From a virus (taxonomy: Duplodnaviria > Caudoviricetes): a stretch of 41,679 nucleotides of DNA. The notes below the pieces were generated by a model that was given only the letters and a program-made list of their open reading frames with translations, did no database searches and was not told the origin of the DNA. Both the position numbers and the translations under genes were made by a program. Of the stretch, positions 10,523 to 19,739 are shown in pieces (within the stretch, counting starts at the first letter, position 1; every line of letters begins with the position of its first letter). Where the stretch lies: the IMG/VR virus record IMGVR_UViG_3300022895_000239, positions 1 through 41,679 of that record, one strand, 5' to 3'.

Positions 10523-10948
10523 TCAGGAGATAAACATGTCCTGCTCTGCGGTCCGCCGCGCCGCCAGACCGGGCAGCGCTTTACCGTCAGCATGATCCCA
10601 CTGCGGGAATTCCGCCGCCGCACCGGCGCTGTCACCGGCGTTCAGTTTCCTGAGGAGCGTTGATTTAAGGAGATCGCCTGCGCCCAGGTTAAACACGAAC
10701 GACACCAGCGCATCGAACTGTCCCTGCGTCAGCGACACGCTGACATGTGCGCTGACGGTCATCTCCGCCGTCCTGACGTCGTCTCTTAAAAGCGCGTCGG
10801 CCTGCTCGGGGGTAATGACATCGCCCATCTTAACCCCCTGCGTATGCCCATACCCGATTGTGGGCAGACCGACGCTGTCTTTGTAGGCCGCAAGCTTCAG
10901 CCCTTCAAAGCGTTTAATCAGATTGATGCCATTAAGACTTGTTTGCAT
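10523..10948 (-). CDS. Endolysin, GH24 phage lysozyme
   Basis: IKRFEG..AYKDSVGLPTIGYGHT (E-D-T triad), FDALVSFVFNLG, GLAARRTAE. No N-terminal SAR or signal segment. Confidence 0.95.
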   Translation of the reverse strand: MQTSLNGINLIKRFEGLKLAAYKDSVGLPTIGYGHTQGVKMGDVITPEQADALLRDDVRTAEMTVSAHVSVSLTQGQFDALVSFVFNLGAGDLLKSTLLRKLNAGDSAGAAAEFPQWDHADGKALPGLAARRTAEQDMFIS

Positions 10949-11361
10949 CCGGACCTTCATTTTCAGTCAGCGTTTACCGGGATTATCAGGGCCGTCATCG
11001 CTGTCTTGCAGGCGACGCGGCGGACTGCAATCTGTTTTTCCGGTGAATAAACGTTGGGGTGATAACTGTCCCGGGGTGCCTGTCGCACCGGATAACCGAA
11101 GTTTAGGTAGCGTGGACTCGCCTGCCAGGTGGAAGGTATCCATCCAGGGCCTGACGGCGGAGTATGCGGTATCGGTCCCTTCATCACCGGCGGATGACGT
11201 CGGGTATCCCTGAAAACGCCGGGCCGGAAAGCGGCAAAGCGGGGGCGCAGGCGTTTGTTTCGCGGGTGAATTTTTGAATGTGTGATGGCGTATGGCGGCG
11301 GGGGCGTCCGGGGGTGAGAGCCCGCGGTCGGGGGGCGCGGTGGTGTTCTTAGCAACAGGTG

Positions 11362-11397
11362 AAGCCCTTTACGCCGCGGAGCTGGCGTTAAGGGCTT
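11362..11397 (-). terminator. Hairpin between afp16-like gene and lysis cassette
   Basis: aagccctt-t-acgcc-(gcggagct)-ggcgt-t-aagggctt inverted repeat. It lacks a clear U tract. Confidence 0.35.
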
Positions 11398-11546
11398 ACC
11401 ACGCGGGGTCTTTTACTGAGCGGGTGAGCGCCAGAAGGAAAACCCGCCCCCCGTTGTGACGTAGGGCCTGCCGTCACGCCCGGTGTGTTGACAGGCAAAC
11501 GCCAGCACCTTATTGCGTCACCCCCTTTCGCTTGCGCGGAGGGTGC

Positions 11547-12530
11547 TCATGCCGCACCGCCCCGGTTTTCTTCAGGCACGTTTTCCTGAGGCCCGCTGTT
11601 TACCCGTTCCGGTGCCTTGACCACCTTCAGTGGAGCGACAACGTTCTGGCCGCTCTCCTTAATCACCGCTGGCAATACTGAATTTATGATCTTGAGGCAG
11701 AGTTCATCTACCACCCCTTCTAAATCATATCCTGCCGTCTTCTTGCCTGGCGTCTTCTGATCTGGCACGATTTTCTGAAACTGCAGTTTAGTGAGCTGCG
11801 CACGTAACGCGTTGAGGTCATTATTCACGTCAAGTGCTGCACTGGCGATGACTTTCTCCAGCAGCAACCGCCTCAGGGCCGTCACACTGTCCTGCGGCAT
11901 GCCAGACACGTCGGACGAACCGGGAGTGATTTCCTCCAGTTCGGTTTTCCGCACCGCCGGGGCCTTCTCTTCCAGAGTGTCTGACCTGAGCCCCAGCTGG
12001 ACAGGAATGGTGACGTTGAAGTTCAGGCACAGGCGGGGTTTATCGCCCAGCGACTGCCAGAAATTACCGAGGCTTGAGAGATGCTCAGAGGGGGCCACCA
12101 CGCGCAGCACGGCGGGGAAATCGTCCCCGAATTGCATATTCAGGAGCCCATTGAGCGCACTATTCATGAGTACCACCGCCGGTGCGTTAAATTTGACATT
12201 TGCATCCTCTGAATTTTCCCACAGCGTCAGCAGATAACAGCAGCGCATATGCACCTGGCGGGGCGCATAAACGCCAGTGGTGGCATCAAACTGACGCGCC
12301 TTGCCCTGCCGCAGTTCCAGCGCTTCCTGAATATCGTACAAAAAAACGCAGTATGTTGACTTTTGCGGTTTGAACTCTTTATCCACCATATCGAAGCGAA
12401 TGTCTGACTCCTCTGGCACATAAAGTTTAAGCGCCGCGTCAATTTTTCCGTTTAACAAAATCAACGTATTATCGCTTTTCATAGTAACGTGGTCATCGGT
12501 ATTCGTTTTTTTATCTTGCTCACTCATCAT
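11547..12530 (-). CDS. Afp16/Pvc16-like tail terminator/cap (DUF4255)
   Basis: DIRFD...VFLYDIQEALELRQG, LSSLGNFWQSLGDKPRLCLNFNVTIP. It is the last structural gene, after the ATPase. Confidence 0.9.
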   Translation of the reverse strand: MMSEQDKKTNTDDHVTMKSDNTLILLNGKIDAALKLYVPEESDIRFDMVDKEFKPQKSTYCVFLYDIQEALELRQGKARQFDATTGVYAPRQVHMRCCYLLTLWENSEDANVKFNAPAVVLMNSALNGLLNMQFGDDFPAVLRVVAPSEHLSSLGNFWQSLGDKPRLCLNFNVTIPVQLGLRSDTLEEKAPAVRKTELEEITPGSSDVSGMPQDSVTALRRLLLEKVIASAALDVNNDLNALRAQLTKLQFQKIVPDQKTPGKKTAGYDLEGVVDELCLKIINSVLPAVIKESGQNVVAPLKVVKAPERVNSGPQENVPEENRGGAA

Positions 12531-12589
12531 TCCTGTCCTCATTTGCGGACGCCCGCAGCCTGAGCGTTACCCGTGGTGGTCCCCTGCCG

Positions 12590-14743
12590 TTAAGCCGGCA
12601 GGGGCGTCATAATCAGTTTTCCGGATTTGTCCATCTCGCGTCGCACCGCCCGCGCAATGTCAGACTGGCTCACCGGCCGGTTGCCCTCGGCCGCCAGCCA
12701 GCTGGCCAGCAGCGCGACGTTGCGGATGTTTGCCCCGGTCAGATCGGTCGCGGCCGCCCATTGCGCCCAGTCGACGTCTTCGTCAACATGAATCTGCGTG
12801 GGCCAGATATCGCGCCACATTCGCTCGCGCAGGGCCGCATCCGGCGCGTCGAAGCGGGTAATAAAGGTCAGGCGGCGGGAAAAGGCGTTATCCAGGTGCG
12901 CGCGATTGTTGCTGGTGAGCACCACCAGACCCGGATAGTTTTCCAGGCGCTGCAGCAGGTAGGAGACCTCGATGTTGGCGTGACGGTCTTTCGCGTCTTT
13001 GACCTCGCTGCGCTTGCCGAACAGGGCATCGGCCTCATCAAACAGCAGCACCCCGGTATCCGCCGTGGCCATGTCGAAAATCTGCGCCAGATTTTTTTCC
13101 GTCTCGCCAATGTATTTGTTCACCACCGTGGACAGGTCGACGCGGATCAAATCCACCCCCAGGGTGCTGGCCAGCACCTCCGCCGCCAGGGTTTTACCGG
13201 TGCCGGAGGGACCATGAAACAGCGCGCTGATGCCGGTGCCGTAGCCCACCTTGCTGGCAAACCCCTTATCGAGCACCGCCTGCTTGTGATGGATGGCAGC
13301 GAGGATTTCGCTTAACTGCCCTGAGAGTTTGTCGTCGACAATCAGGTCCGCGAAGCTGCGCTGAGGCCGGATGCGCTGCGCCAGCCCTTTAAATTGCTGC
13401 TGTCCGCGCACGTGCAGGGCCTGATGCAGGTCACGCCACTCCAGTGCTGCGGCCGGGGCACGGAGCATGCGGTACCCCTGCGCCTCCTGCCAGGTCTGGG
13501 CCAGCGCGTCAGCATCGAGATGGGTGCGCCTGAGCAACGCCTCCCAGTTCGTATCTGCACGCCACTCCGGGTTGTCTGCCTCGCCCGCCGGGTGTGAGGA
13601 CAACAGCCGCGCATCATCCTGTGCGGTCCGCAGCGGCAGCGTCATCATCAGGCGCGGCAGCTGCGGATAGATGTCTGCGGCTTCGTCCGCCGTGACCCGC
13701 GCAATCACCGGCTGGCCATGGTCTGCCAGGGTGGGCTCCAGCGCGTGAAGCAGCGCCGCATACCGCTCCACCCCTGCACTCCAGTTGCACAGCAGCAGCA
13801 CCCCTTTATAAAGACGCACCGCGCGCAGCGCCGCGTACAGGAGAGCCTGCGCCTCGGCCTCGTCGGCGGGTAAGCGGGCCAGATTGAGTTTCAGCAACGG
13901 GCGACCCGCGTCCTGTGCCACCTGGCTGATCAGCGTCTCACAGCCGTGGCCGCCCTGCAGCAACAGCAACGCCACGGGGGTGCGGATGGCCGTCTCAAGC
14001 TGGTCTGCGCAGGCGGCCCACGCGCCTTCCCGCAGGCGGGCCGCCGGGGCGGGATGCTGCCACTGTGCCGCCTCACCGGGTTCGATGCGCAGCGTGTCAG
14101 CGGGTTCACCGCACAGAAAGTGGAAGACCATTTCGTTCAGCCGCAGAAATTTCTCCCCGCCCCCCGCACGATTCCCGTTTATATCGGTGATCAGCACGAG
14201 CTGATGGCGCAGCAGCGCGCTGTTTTTTGAGAACAGCGTCAGACGGTTGGCGATACGTTCGCTGTGGCTGCGACTGAACAGCATCAGCAGCATTTCGCTG
14301 CCGGGCCAGATCATCCGGGATTCCCGCTGGACATACGAGATGATGCCGCCGTAGCGGGCATCGAGCATCGGCAGTGCCGTCAGCACCAGGACCTGGGTTT
14401 CAAACGGCGTCAGCGCAAAATTCGTCACGAGTTCGGCCAGTCGGCCGCGCAGCGGCGGCATCTGCCGTCCGTCAAGCCACGGGGTCGGCTTTGCCTGCTG
14501 CTGCCAGTGGGGCACGTCGGCGACGGGTGTCCAGGCGTCCCCCTCACCTTCATCCGGCAGCAGCATGTCTGCCATGTTAAGATAATCCTCGTCATGTTCG
14601 CGCTGCCATTTCAGCAGGCCCTGAAGCACCAGGTCGCTGTAATGCAGCCACGGGCCCAGCGAGGCCATGGCGTCGCGGTGCAGGTCTGTTGCCGGGGTAG
14701 ACGCACTCGCGTCCACGGGCTTATCACGCCATTCGTTTGTCAT
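12590..14743 (-). CDS. Afp15/Pvc15-like AAA+ ATPase
   Basis: Walker A GPSGTGKT, VVNKYIGETEKNL, Walker B LLFDEAD, DRHANIEVSYLLQRLE. An ATGA overlap with the upstream stop suggests a start at 14743. Confidence 0.95.
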   Translation of the reverse strand: MTNEWRDKPVDASASTPATDLHRDAMASLGPWLHYSDLVLQGLLKWQREHDEDYLNMADMLLPDEGEGDAWTPVADVPHWQQQAKPTPWLDGRQMPPLRGRLAELVTNFALTPFETQVLVLTALPMLDARYGGIISYVQRESRMIWPGSEMLLMLFSRSHSERIANRLTLFSKNSALLRHQLVLITDINGNRAGGGEKFLRLNEMVFHFLCGEPADTLRIEPGEAAQWQHPAPAARLREGAWAACADQLETAIRTPVALLLLQGGHGCETLISQVAQDAGRPLLKLNLARLPADEAEAQALLYAALRAVRLYKGVLLLCNWSAGVERYAALLHALEPTLADHGQPVIARVTADEAADIYPQLPRLMMTLPLRTAQDDARLLSSHPAGEADNPEWRADTNWEALLRRTHLDADALAQTWQEAQGYRMLRAPAAALEWRDLHQALHVRGQQQFKGLAQRIRPQRSFADLIVDDKLSGQLSEILAAIHHKQAVLDKGFASKVGYGTGISALFHGPSGTGKTLAAEVLASTLGVDLIRVDLSTVVNKYIGETEKNLAQIFDMATADTGVLLFDEADALFGKRSEVKDAKDRHANIEVSYLLQRLENYPGLVVLTSNNRAHLDNAFSRRLTFITRFDAPDAALRERMWRDIWPTQIHVDEDVDWAQWAAATDLTGANIRNVALLASWLAAEGNRPVSQSDIARAVRREMDKSGKLIMTPLPA

Positions 14744-16617
14744 ATTTTCCAGTCCACTGTCAGGGGAAGCGGTAGCCACGGCACCACCACCGGGGTTAAG
14801 GGCCATGGCAGGTCACCGAGCAGCACGTCGGCGGCCTGCGGTTCAACGGTGAGTTTTACGCCACCTTCAATGCGCAGCGTCCCGGGCCGCTGCAGGAACA
14901 GCTCGCGCAGCATCGGGACACTACAGCGGTTCAGCGAGGGCAGCGCGCGTAAAACGGGCGGCAGCCAGGCATCGATCTGGTCCTGTTGTGCGGTATCGGG
15001 CAGAGTTGCCACAAAGGGCGCGTCAGGTTCGATGCCGCAGAGAAGCCGCGCGCAGGGCGAGCGCCATTCGGCGAGGTCGCTGTCGCCCCAGGCGAGCCAG
15101 TCCAGTGCGGCCATGGCCTGCCAGCGCGCGGCCTCGTCAGTAAACTGCCCTTCCCGCAGCCAGCCGTGGCTTTCGAACCACGCCGGCAACAGCGGCCACA
15201 GCAAGACCAGCCCGGCACCGGCCACGCCCCAGGCGGTCTCCTCCTCCATCAGGGGGGACCGGGGGGCGGCGGGCGTTAATCGCGCAGGCGACACGGTACC
15301 CCGGACGCCCTCGCTGTTCACGACGTGCGGTACCAACGGGTCGATCGTCACCCGCCCGGCATGGTTCACGCGCCGGGCGTCATTCCCCCCCGGTCCGTCC
15401 GGCTGCGCAGCCGGGCCGGGGAGCCGGACTGCGTTCCCGTTTGCAGAGTGCGGCGTTGCCGGGTCGGGGGGTGACCGCGTGGCGCGCGCCTTCGCGCTGG
15501 CCAGCTGTACCACGGCGGCCAGCGGACGCGGCGGGGCGTCAGGCCCGTGCAGGACGTCAGCTTCATCCGCCGGCAGCGATTGAAGCCACACCTGGATCAC
15601 CGCTTTTAACGGTACGGGCAGCGGTGATGCCACCAGCGCCGCCAGCCAGGCGCGCAGTGCGCTGTCCTCTTCTGAGGGTGATGCGGCGCGCTGTTGCGTC
15701 GCCCGCGGGTGGGGCGGGCGGTGCAGTGCAAACTGCGGCGGGCGCCCCAGGCGCACCCGCGAGGGCACGTCGTCGAGCGCCCGCGACACGGCGGGGTCGG
15801 TCCAGGTCTGCGGCTGGTGCTGCAGTGCCAGCAGGGCTGCCAGCGGCGCAAAGTGCGCGACGTCTGCCTGCGGCGGCGAGGGCAAACGGGGCGCATCCGC
15901 CAGCCACAGGCTCAGCCTGGCCAGCGCTGACGGTGACCAGGTGGTGACCAGCCGCTGCCAGCAACGGGACTGCAGCAGCCGCAGCGCCAGTGCCACCCGT
16001 GGCGGGGTGGCGCTGGGCGGCTCGCCATACGGTAGTGCGTCTATCAGCCAGGCGTCACGGGCCTCCCGGCTCAGCCACGGCCGGGCATCGGCAATGCGCC
16101 CGCAGTCCAGATAGCGCAGCAGCTCGATAAAGCGCGCGGCGCGCGGTGCGGCTTCCTGATGCTCCGCAGCGCGCCAGGACGAGAAATCTTCCCGGACCAC
16201 GTCTGCGTCTGACGGCACCACGCCGCCCGCTGACGTCATCCGCAGGGCGTCCCGCGGTTCCCTGCCTGACATCGGCGGCGTGGCGTAATGTCCGTCGGAA
16301 GCGGCCACGCTACCACGCAGGAAGCCCTGTGCGTCGCGCTCCCAGCGACACTGATGCAACGCCGCCTGCAGGCGGGGGATCACCCGTTCATTCAGCGTCT
16401 GCTCAAAGCGCGAGAGCGGGATTTCGCCCACGTCAATCACCAGCTTATCGATGATAAAGTCCTGGTCTTCTGCCACCGCAAATCGGGTCAGTACCCGCGT
16501 CAGTTCGGCGTGCAGGCTGGCATAGAACCAGCGGCTGCTGCGTTGTTGCAGGTCCTGCGCGAGTCGCTCGCGACTGTGCAACCGCACGCGTAATCGTCCT
16601 GTCAGTGCTCTGTTCAC
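14740..16617 (-). CDS. Afp14/Pvc14-like tape-measure protein
   Basis: N-terminal IDKLVIDVGEIP and C-terminal AGLVLLWPLL...LRELFLQRPG...DVLLGDLPWPLTPVVVPWL motifs of eCIS tape measures. GTG start with an AGGAGG RBS. Confidence 0.9.
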   Translation of the reverse strand: MNRALTGRLRVRLHSRERLAQDLQQRSSRWFYASLHAELTRVLTRFAVAEDQDFIIDKLVIDVGEIPLSRFEQTLNERVIPRLQAALHQCRWERDAQGFLRGSVAASDGHYATPPMSGREPRDALRMTSAGGVVPSDADVVREDFSSWRAAEHQEAAPRAARFIELLRYLDCGRIADARPWLSREARDAWLIDALPYGEPPSATPPRVALALRLLQSRCWQRLVTTWSPSALARLSLWLADAPRLPSPPQADVAHFAPLAALLALQHQPQTWTDPAVSRALDDVPSRVRLGRPPQFALHRPPHPRATQQRAASPSEEDSALRAWLAALVASPLPVPLKAVIQVWLQSLPADEADVLHGPDAPPRPLAAVVQLASAKARATRSPPDPATPHSANGNAVRLPGPAAQPDGPGGNDARRVNHAGRVTIDPLVPHVVNSEGVRGTVSPARLTPAAPRSPLMEEETAWGVAGAGLVLLWPLLPAWFESHGWLREGQFTDEAARWQAMAALDWLAWGDSDLAEWRSPCARLLCGIEPDAPFVATLPDTAQQDQIDAWLPPVLRALPSLNRCSVPMLRELFLQRPGTLRIEGGVKLTVEPQAADVLLGDLPWPLTPVVVPWLPLPLTVDWKI

Positions 16618-16690
16618 ACGTTTCCTCCTGTTGGGGTAGCGCAGAACGCCCGTTTACGCTAAAATCCCGCTCAGATTTAGCTGGCCCTGA

Positions 16691-17692
16691 ATGATAGTGG
16701 CCATCCGTTTGTCGCCATTTTTACATGCCAGTGATACAACGTTCCGTCGCCTCTGCCAGCAGCGCCACCACTGGCCTGCGGGCGCGGATATCTGGCATCT
16801 GCGGTTTCACTGGCAGCGTGAACGCCTGCGGATACGGGACGCCCTGCATGCGGGTGAATATCTGCTTGTGCCATTATCGGTCGTGCATCGCGCAACCGGG
16901 GACAACGTGGTTATCTGGTCCGCTGCGGATGCGCTGGTCATGCACTGCCTGACCGCCTGGTCAGCGAGCCGCCTGTTGCTGCACCGGCCCTGTGAACATT
17001 TACGCGGACACGGCGGCGGGCACGTTTCCGTGCGACGCATTGACGCACTAATGTGCAACGGGCGTATCATTCTGTGTGTCGCTCCGCCAGTCGCGGACAT
17101 TACGCCAGCATCAGTAAAACCCGTCTGCGGGTCCCGCTGCGGCAACGGGTTCACTGTCCCATCGTACCGGACCTGCTGCGGCAGTTTCAGCACGACAGCG
17201 TTGAGGACGGTGGACGGTTTCACACGCCCAAAAAGGCATCGCCCGCAGCCGCGCGCTCAGCCCATTGCTGGCGGCGTTTCACCTGTATCGCCTTGATGAC
17301 ACGCTGAGCTACAACCCGCACGTGCATTACGTACGCTATATGGATGACATACTGATTTTCGCCGCTACGCGCTGGCATCTGCGTGACGCTGTGCGGCAGA
17401 TGAATCAGATTTTTGCCGAATACGGTTTTGTACAGCATCCGGACAAAACTTTTATTGGCCGCATTGATAAAGGTTTCGACTGGATGGGCTTACAATTTAC
17501 GGCTCTGGGTGTTATCAGCATCGCACCACGAGCGTTAGCAAACCATCAACGGAAACTGCCCCCGCTTTAGAGCAAGCCCGGCAAAATTGCTACCCCGATG
17601 GAGGGGTGCAGCGGGTGGTGCAGTACCAAAAGCGGTGGTTGAGGTATTCCTCCCTCGGGTCTGATTGGCCTCGCTCGCGCCCGCCCGGCTGA
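16691..17692 (+). pseudogene. Reverse transcriptase pseudogene, antisense within the eCIS operon and convergent on the tail-fibre gene
   Basis: Four frame segments join: ADIWHLRFHW...WSAADALV...HLRGHGG / VCRSASRGHYASI / KGIARSRALSPLL...YVRYMDDILIFA...HPDKTFIGRIDKGFDWMG / EQARQ...YQKRWLRY to TGA at 17690-17692. YMDD is at 17337-17348. Frameshifts are near 17060, 17235 and 17569. Confidence 0.9.
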
Positions 17693-17703
17693 CACATCTG
17701 GTC

Positions 17704-19671
17704 TCAACTTGTAACGACGAACACAATCGAGATATCCGTGTCGTCGCCCAAGTACATTGACTCCCGCCATCCGTCTGCCGGCCGCGCTATACTGCCATGC
17801 GCTTTCTCAGTTTCCAAAAAGACGGCGCCCTGGTAATACCCGTAATCGTACTCGCCGCTAGATCCTCGTCGTTCGAATAACTTACCCGCTACATACAGTT
17901 TCCCGTACACCCACCACACCTCCCTCATTTCGCCTTCTCGCCCTGCGAGGTGCATGTAAACGATAAGGTCTTTGCCATCGGAGCCGACCGTCACCGTGCC
18001 GTCCTTCTTATCGTCATTTGGATTGGGGACCCACTTGATTATTTTGCTGAGCGCGTCCTTGCTTCCGGCGAGGTTCCCATCTTTATTGCCCTCTATAATC
18101 CCGTCACCCTTTCCTTTAGCGTATGCATCCACCATTGCTTTTCCTACTTCTCTCTCTCCGGTTACATTCTCTTCAGGCTCGGACTGGTAATTTCCGTTGT
18201 CATGTTTTGCCTGTTCGACTGCTTTCTTAACGGCGGCATTAATCGCAACTGTATCTGTGCTACCTCTGTTAAATCCATCTTTATCTCCGGCGTCATAACT
18301 CATCTTCATGGCATCCGCCACCGCGCGCTCTCCTATCGTTCCACCTTCTCCCTGTAGTGGGGTCCATTTGCCATCCTTTACCTGAGTGGCGCCAATTGCT
18401 CCATTTACTGCATCTTCTACCGCCTTTCTGAGTGCGACTTTATCCTTCTTACCGCTGTCGTAGCCCGCCTTAAAGGCGCCGGGGTCGGCGACCGGATTCG
18501 CGAACAAGGATGGGCTATCCGTACCCAGTTTGGCATACGCCACCACAACAGGAGCTCTGTGACTGCATAAAACCAGGCTCGCGTATTCTGTTACATATTC
18601 GCCTTTCTGGTCGGGCTTGCCCTCTTTTGACAGCAGCCCGACAATGAAATAGAGTCCTGGATTATAAGCCTTGACATCCTCTGGGTGATTATCAGCGAGC
18701 CTTTCAAATCTTCCATTGCTATCTAGATTAAAGACCCATAAGCAGTCATGCGAAAAGGGCTGCGGTTCGTCACCCTCCTTTTCCCCTTTTGTATAAAACG
18801 TGCCATCCGTTTTGTTAAACGCGCTCATTACTGCAGTGCCGTTAACTATTTTATCCTTCCAGTCGCTTCGAAGGTTACTATTCAGAAAATCAATGACTGC
18901 ATTACACTCCTTCTCATGCGACCTGCCATCCGCGTATGCGGCATTTAGCGCATTTGCAATGTCTTTCTCCGTTTGGCTTTTCTTACTTTTGCTATCTAAG
19001 GCTATAAAGCCATTCGATGTATCTTTCTTCGCATCATCCAATGCCTGCTTCGACACTGCTGCCATCGCGGACTTCATGGAATCAATGCCTTCCTGAGTCA
19101 GATGCAATCCGTCCTTGTCCTGCTTAAGGTAATTAACTTTCCCGGCTACTTGCTCAGGGAGCTTCACTTGAAGCTGGTTTTTATTATCAATAGTCAGTCC
19201 CGAGGTGTCAGTATTTCCCTCAGTATACAGGTGCACACGAAGGCCACCGTCTGTACTGTCTTGTACCAGCCCCCCCTCAGACGCCAGTGAGACAGACAAT
19301 CCAGACGTATCGGTTTTAATGCCGGGCCCACATTTAACACCTAGCCCCTTAGAGGTTTTCTCGAGTCCACTCCCATCTGCTAACTTAACGCTCAGCTGGT
19401 TATATCCATTCACTTCGATGGCAAGGGAGGGATCCAGGTTCAGTTTCGCGGCACCACTTTCGTCGAAACCAATGCCGGCACCGTTGTTCAGCTCAATAAC
19501 CGTCTGTGTTGTCGCCGGATTGTTATCTTTACCCGCAACGTTGATTTCTTTCACCTTCAGGCCGTTCCCGAGTTGCGGATCCGCCAGTTCGATCAGCTTT
19601 TGGTAATTTGTTTCGTTTGGTACGTTGCCCTGTAGAAACGCTTTTTTCAGTTCGTCCGCTAATTTGCTCAT
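17704..19671 (-). CDS. Long tail-fibre protein (Afp13/Pvc13-like) with C-terminal putative receptor-binding domain
   Basis: N-terminal LKKAFLQGNVPNETNYQKLIELAD anchor, adenovirus-shaft-like G-L-x-V repeats, then helical repeats and a beta-rich aromatic C-terminus. It occupies the afp13 position. Confidence 0.85.
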   Translation of the reverse strand: MSKLADELKKAFLQGNVPNETNYQKLIELADPQLGNGLKVKEINVAGKDNNPATTQTVIELNNGAGIGFDESGAAKLNLDPSLAIEVNGYNQLSVKLADGSGLEKTSKGLGVKCGPGIKTDTSGLSVSLASEGGLVQDSTDGGLRVHLYTEGNTDTSGLTIDNKNQLQVKLPEQVAGKVNYLKQDKDGLHLTQEGIDSMKSAMAAVSKQALDDAKKDTSNGFIALDSKSKKSQTEKDIANALNAAYADGRSHEKECNAVIDFLNSNLRSDWKDKIVNGTAVMSAFNKTDGTFYTKGEKEGDEPQPFSHDCLWVFNLDSNGRFERLADNHPEDVKAYNPGLYFIVGLLSKEGKPDQKGEYVTEYASLVLCSHRAPVVVAYAKLGTDSPSLFANPVADPGAFKAGYDSGKKDKVALRKAVEDAVNGAIGATQVKDGKWTPLQGEGGTIGERAVADAMKMSYDAGDKDGFNRGSTDTVAINAAVKKAVEQAKHDNGNYQSEPEENVTGEREVGKAMVDAYAKGKGDGIIEGNKDGNLAGSKDALSKIIKWVPNPNDDKKDGTVTVGSDGKDLIVYMHLAGREGEMREVWWVYGKLYVAGKLFERRGSSGEYDYGYYQGAVFLETEKAHGSIARPADGWRESMYLGDDTDISIVFVVTS

Positions 19672-19739
19672 TGCTAACAGCCTCTGTGTATTGATGTTCG
19701 TTCACGGAACCAGGCACCCAGGGGGCCGGCAGCGATAAT

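Noticed and set aside
11488-11516. Antisense sigma70 promoter (TTGACA-17 bp-TATTGC)
   Set aside because: The -10 element is poor, and a chance match is likely.
16691-17692. Group II intron or retron
   Set aside because: There is no flanking space for intron domains or msr/msd, no evident maturase/endonuclease extension, and no retron VTG motif.
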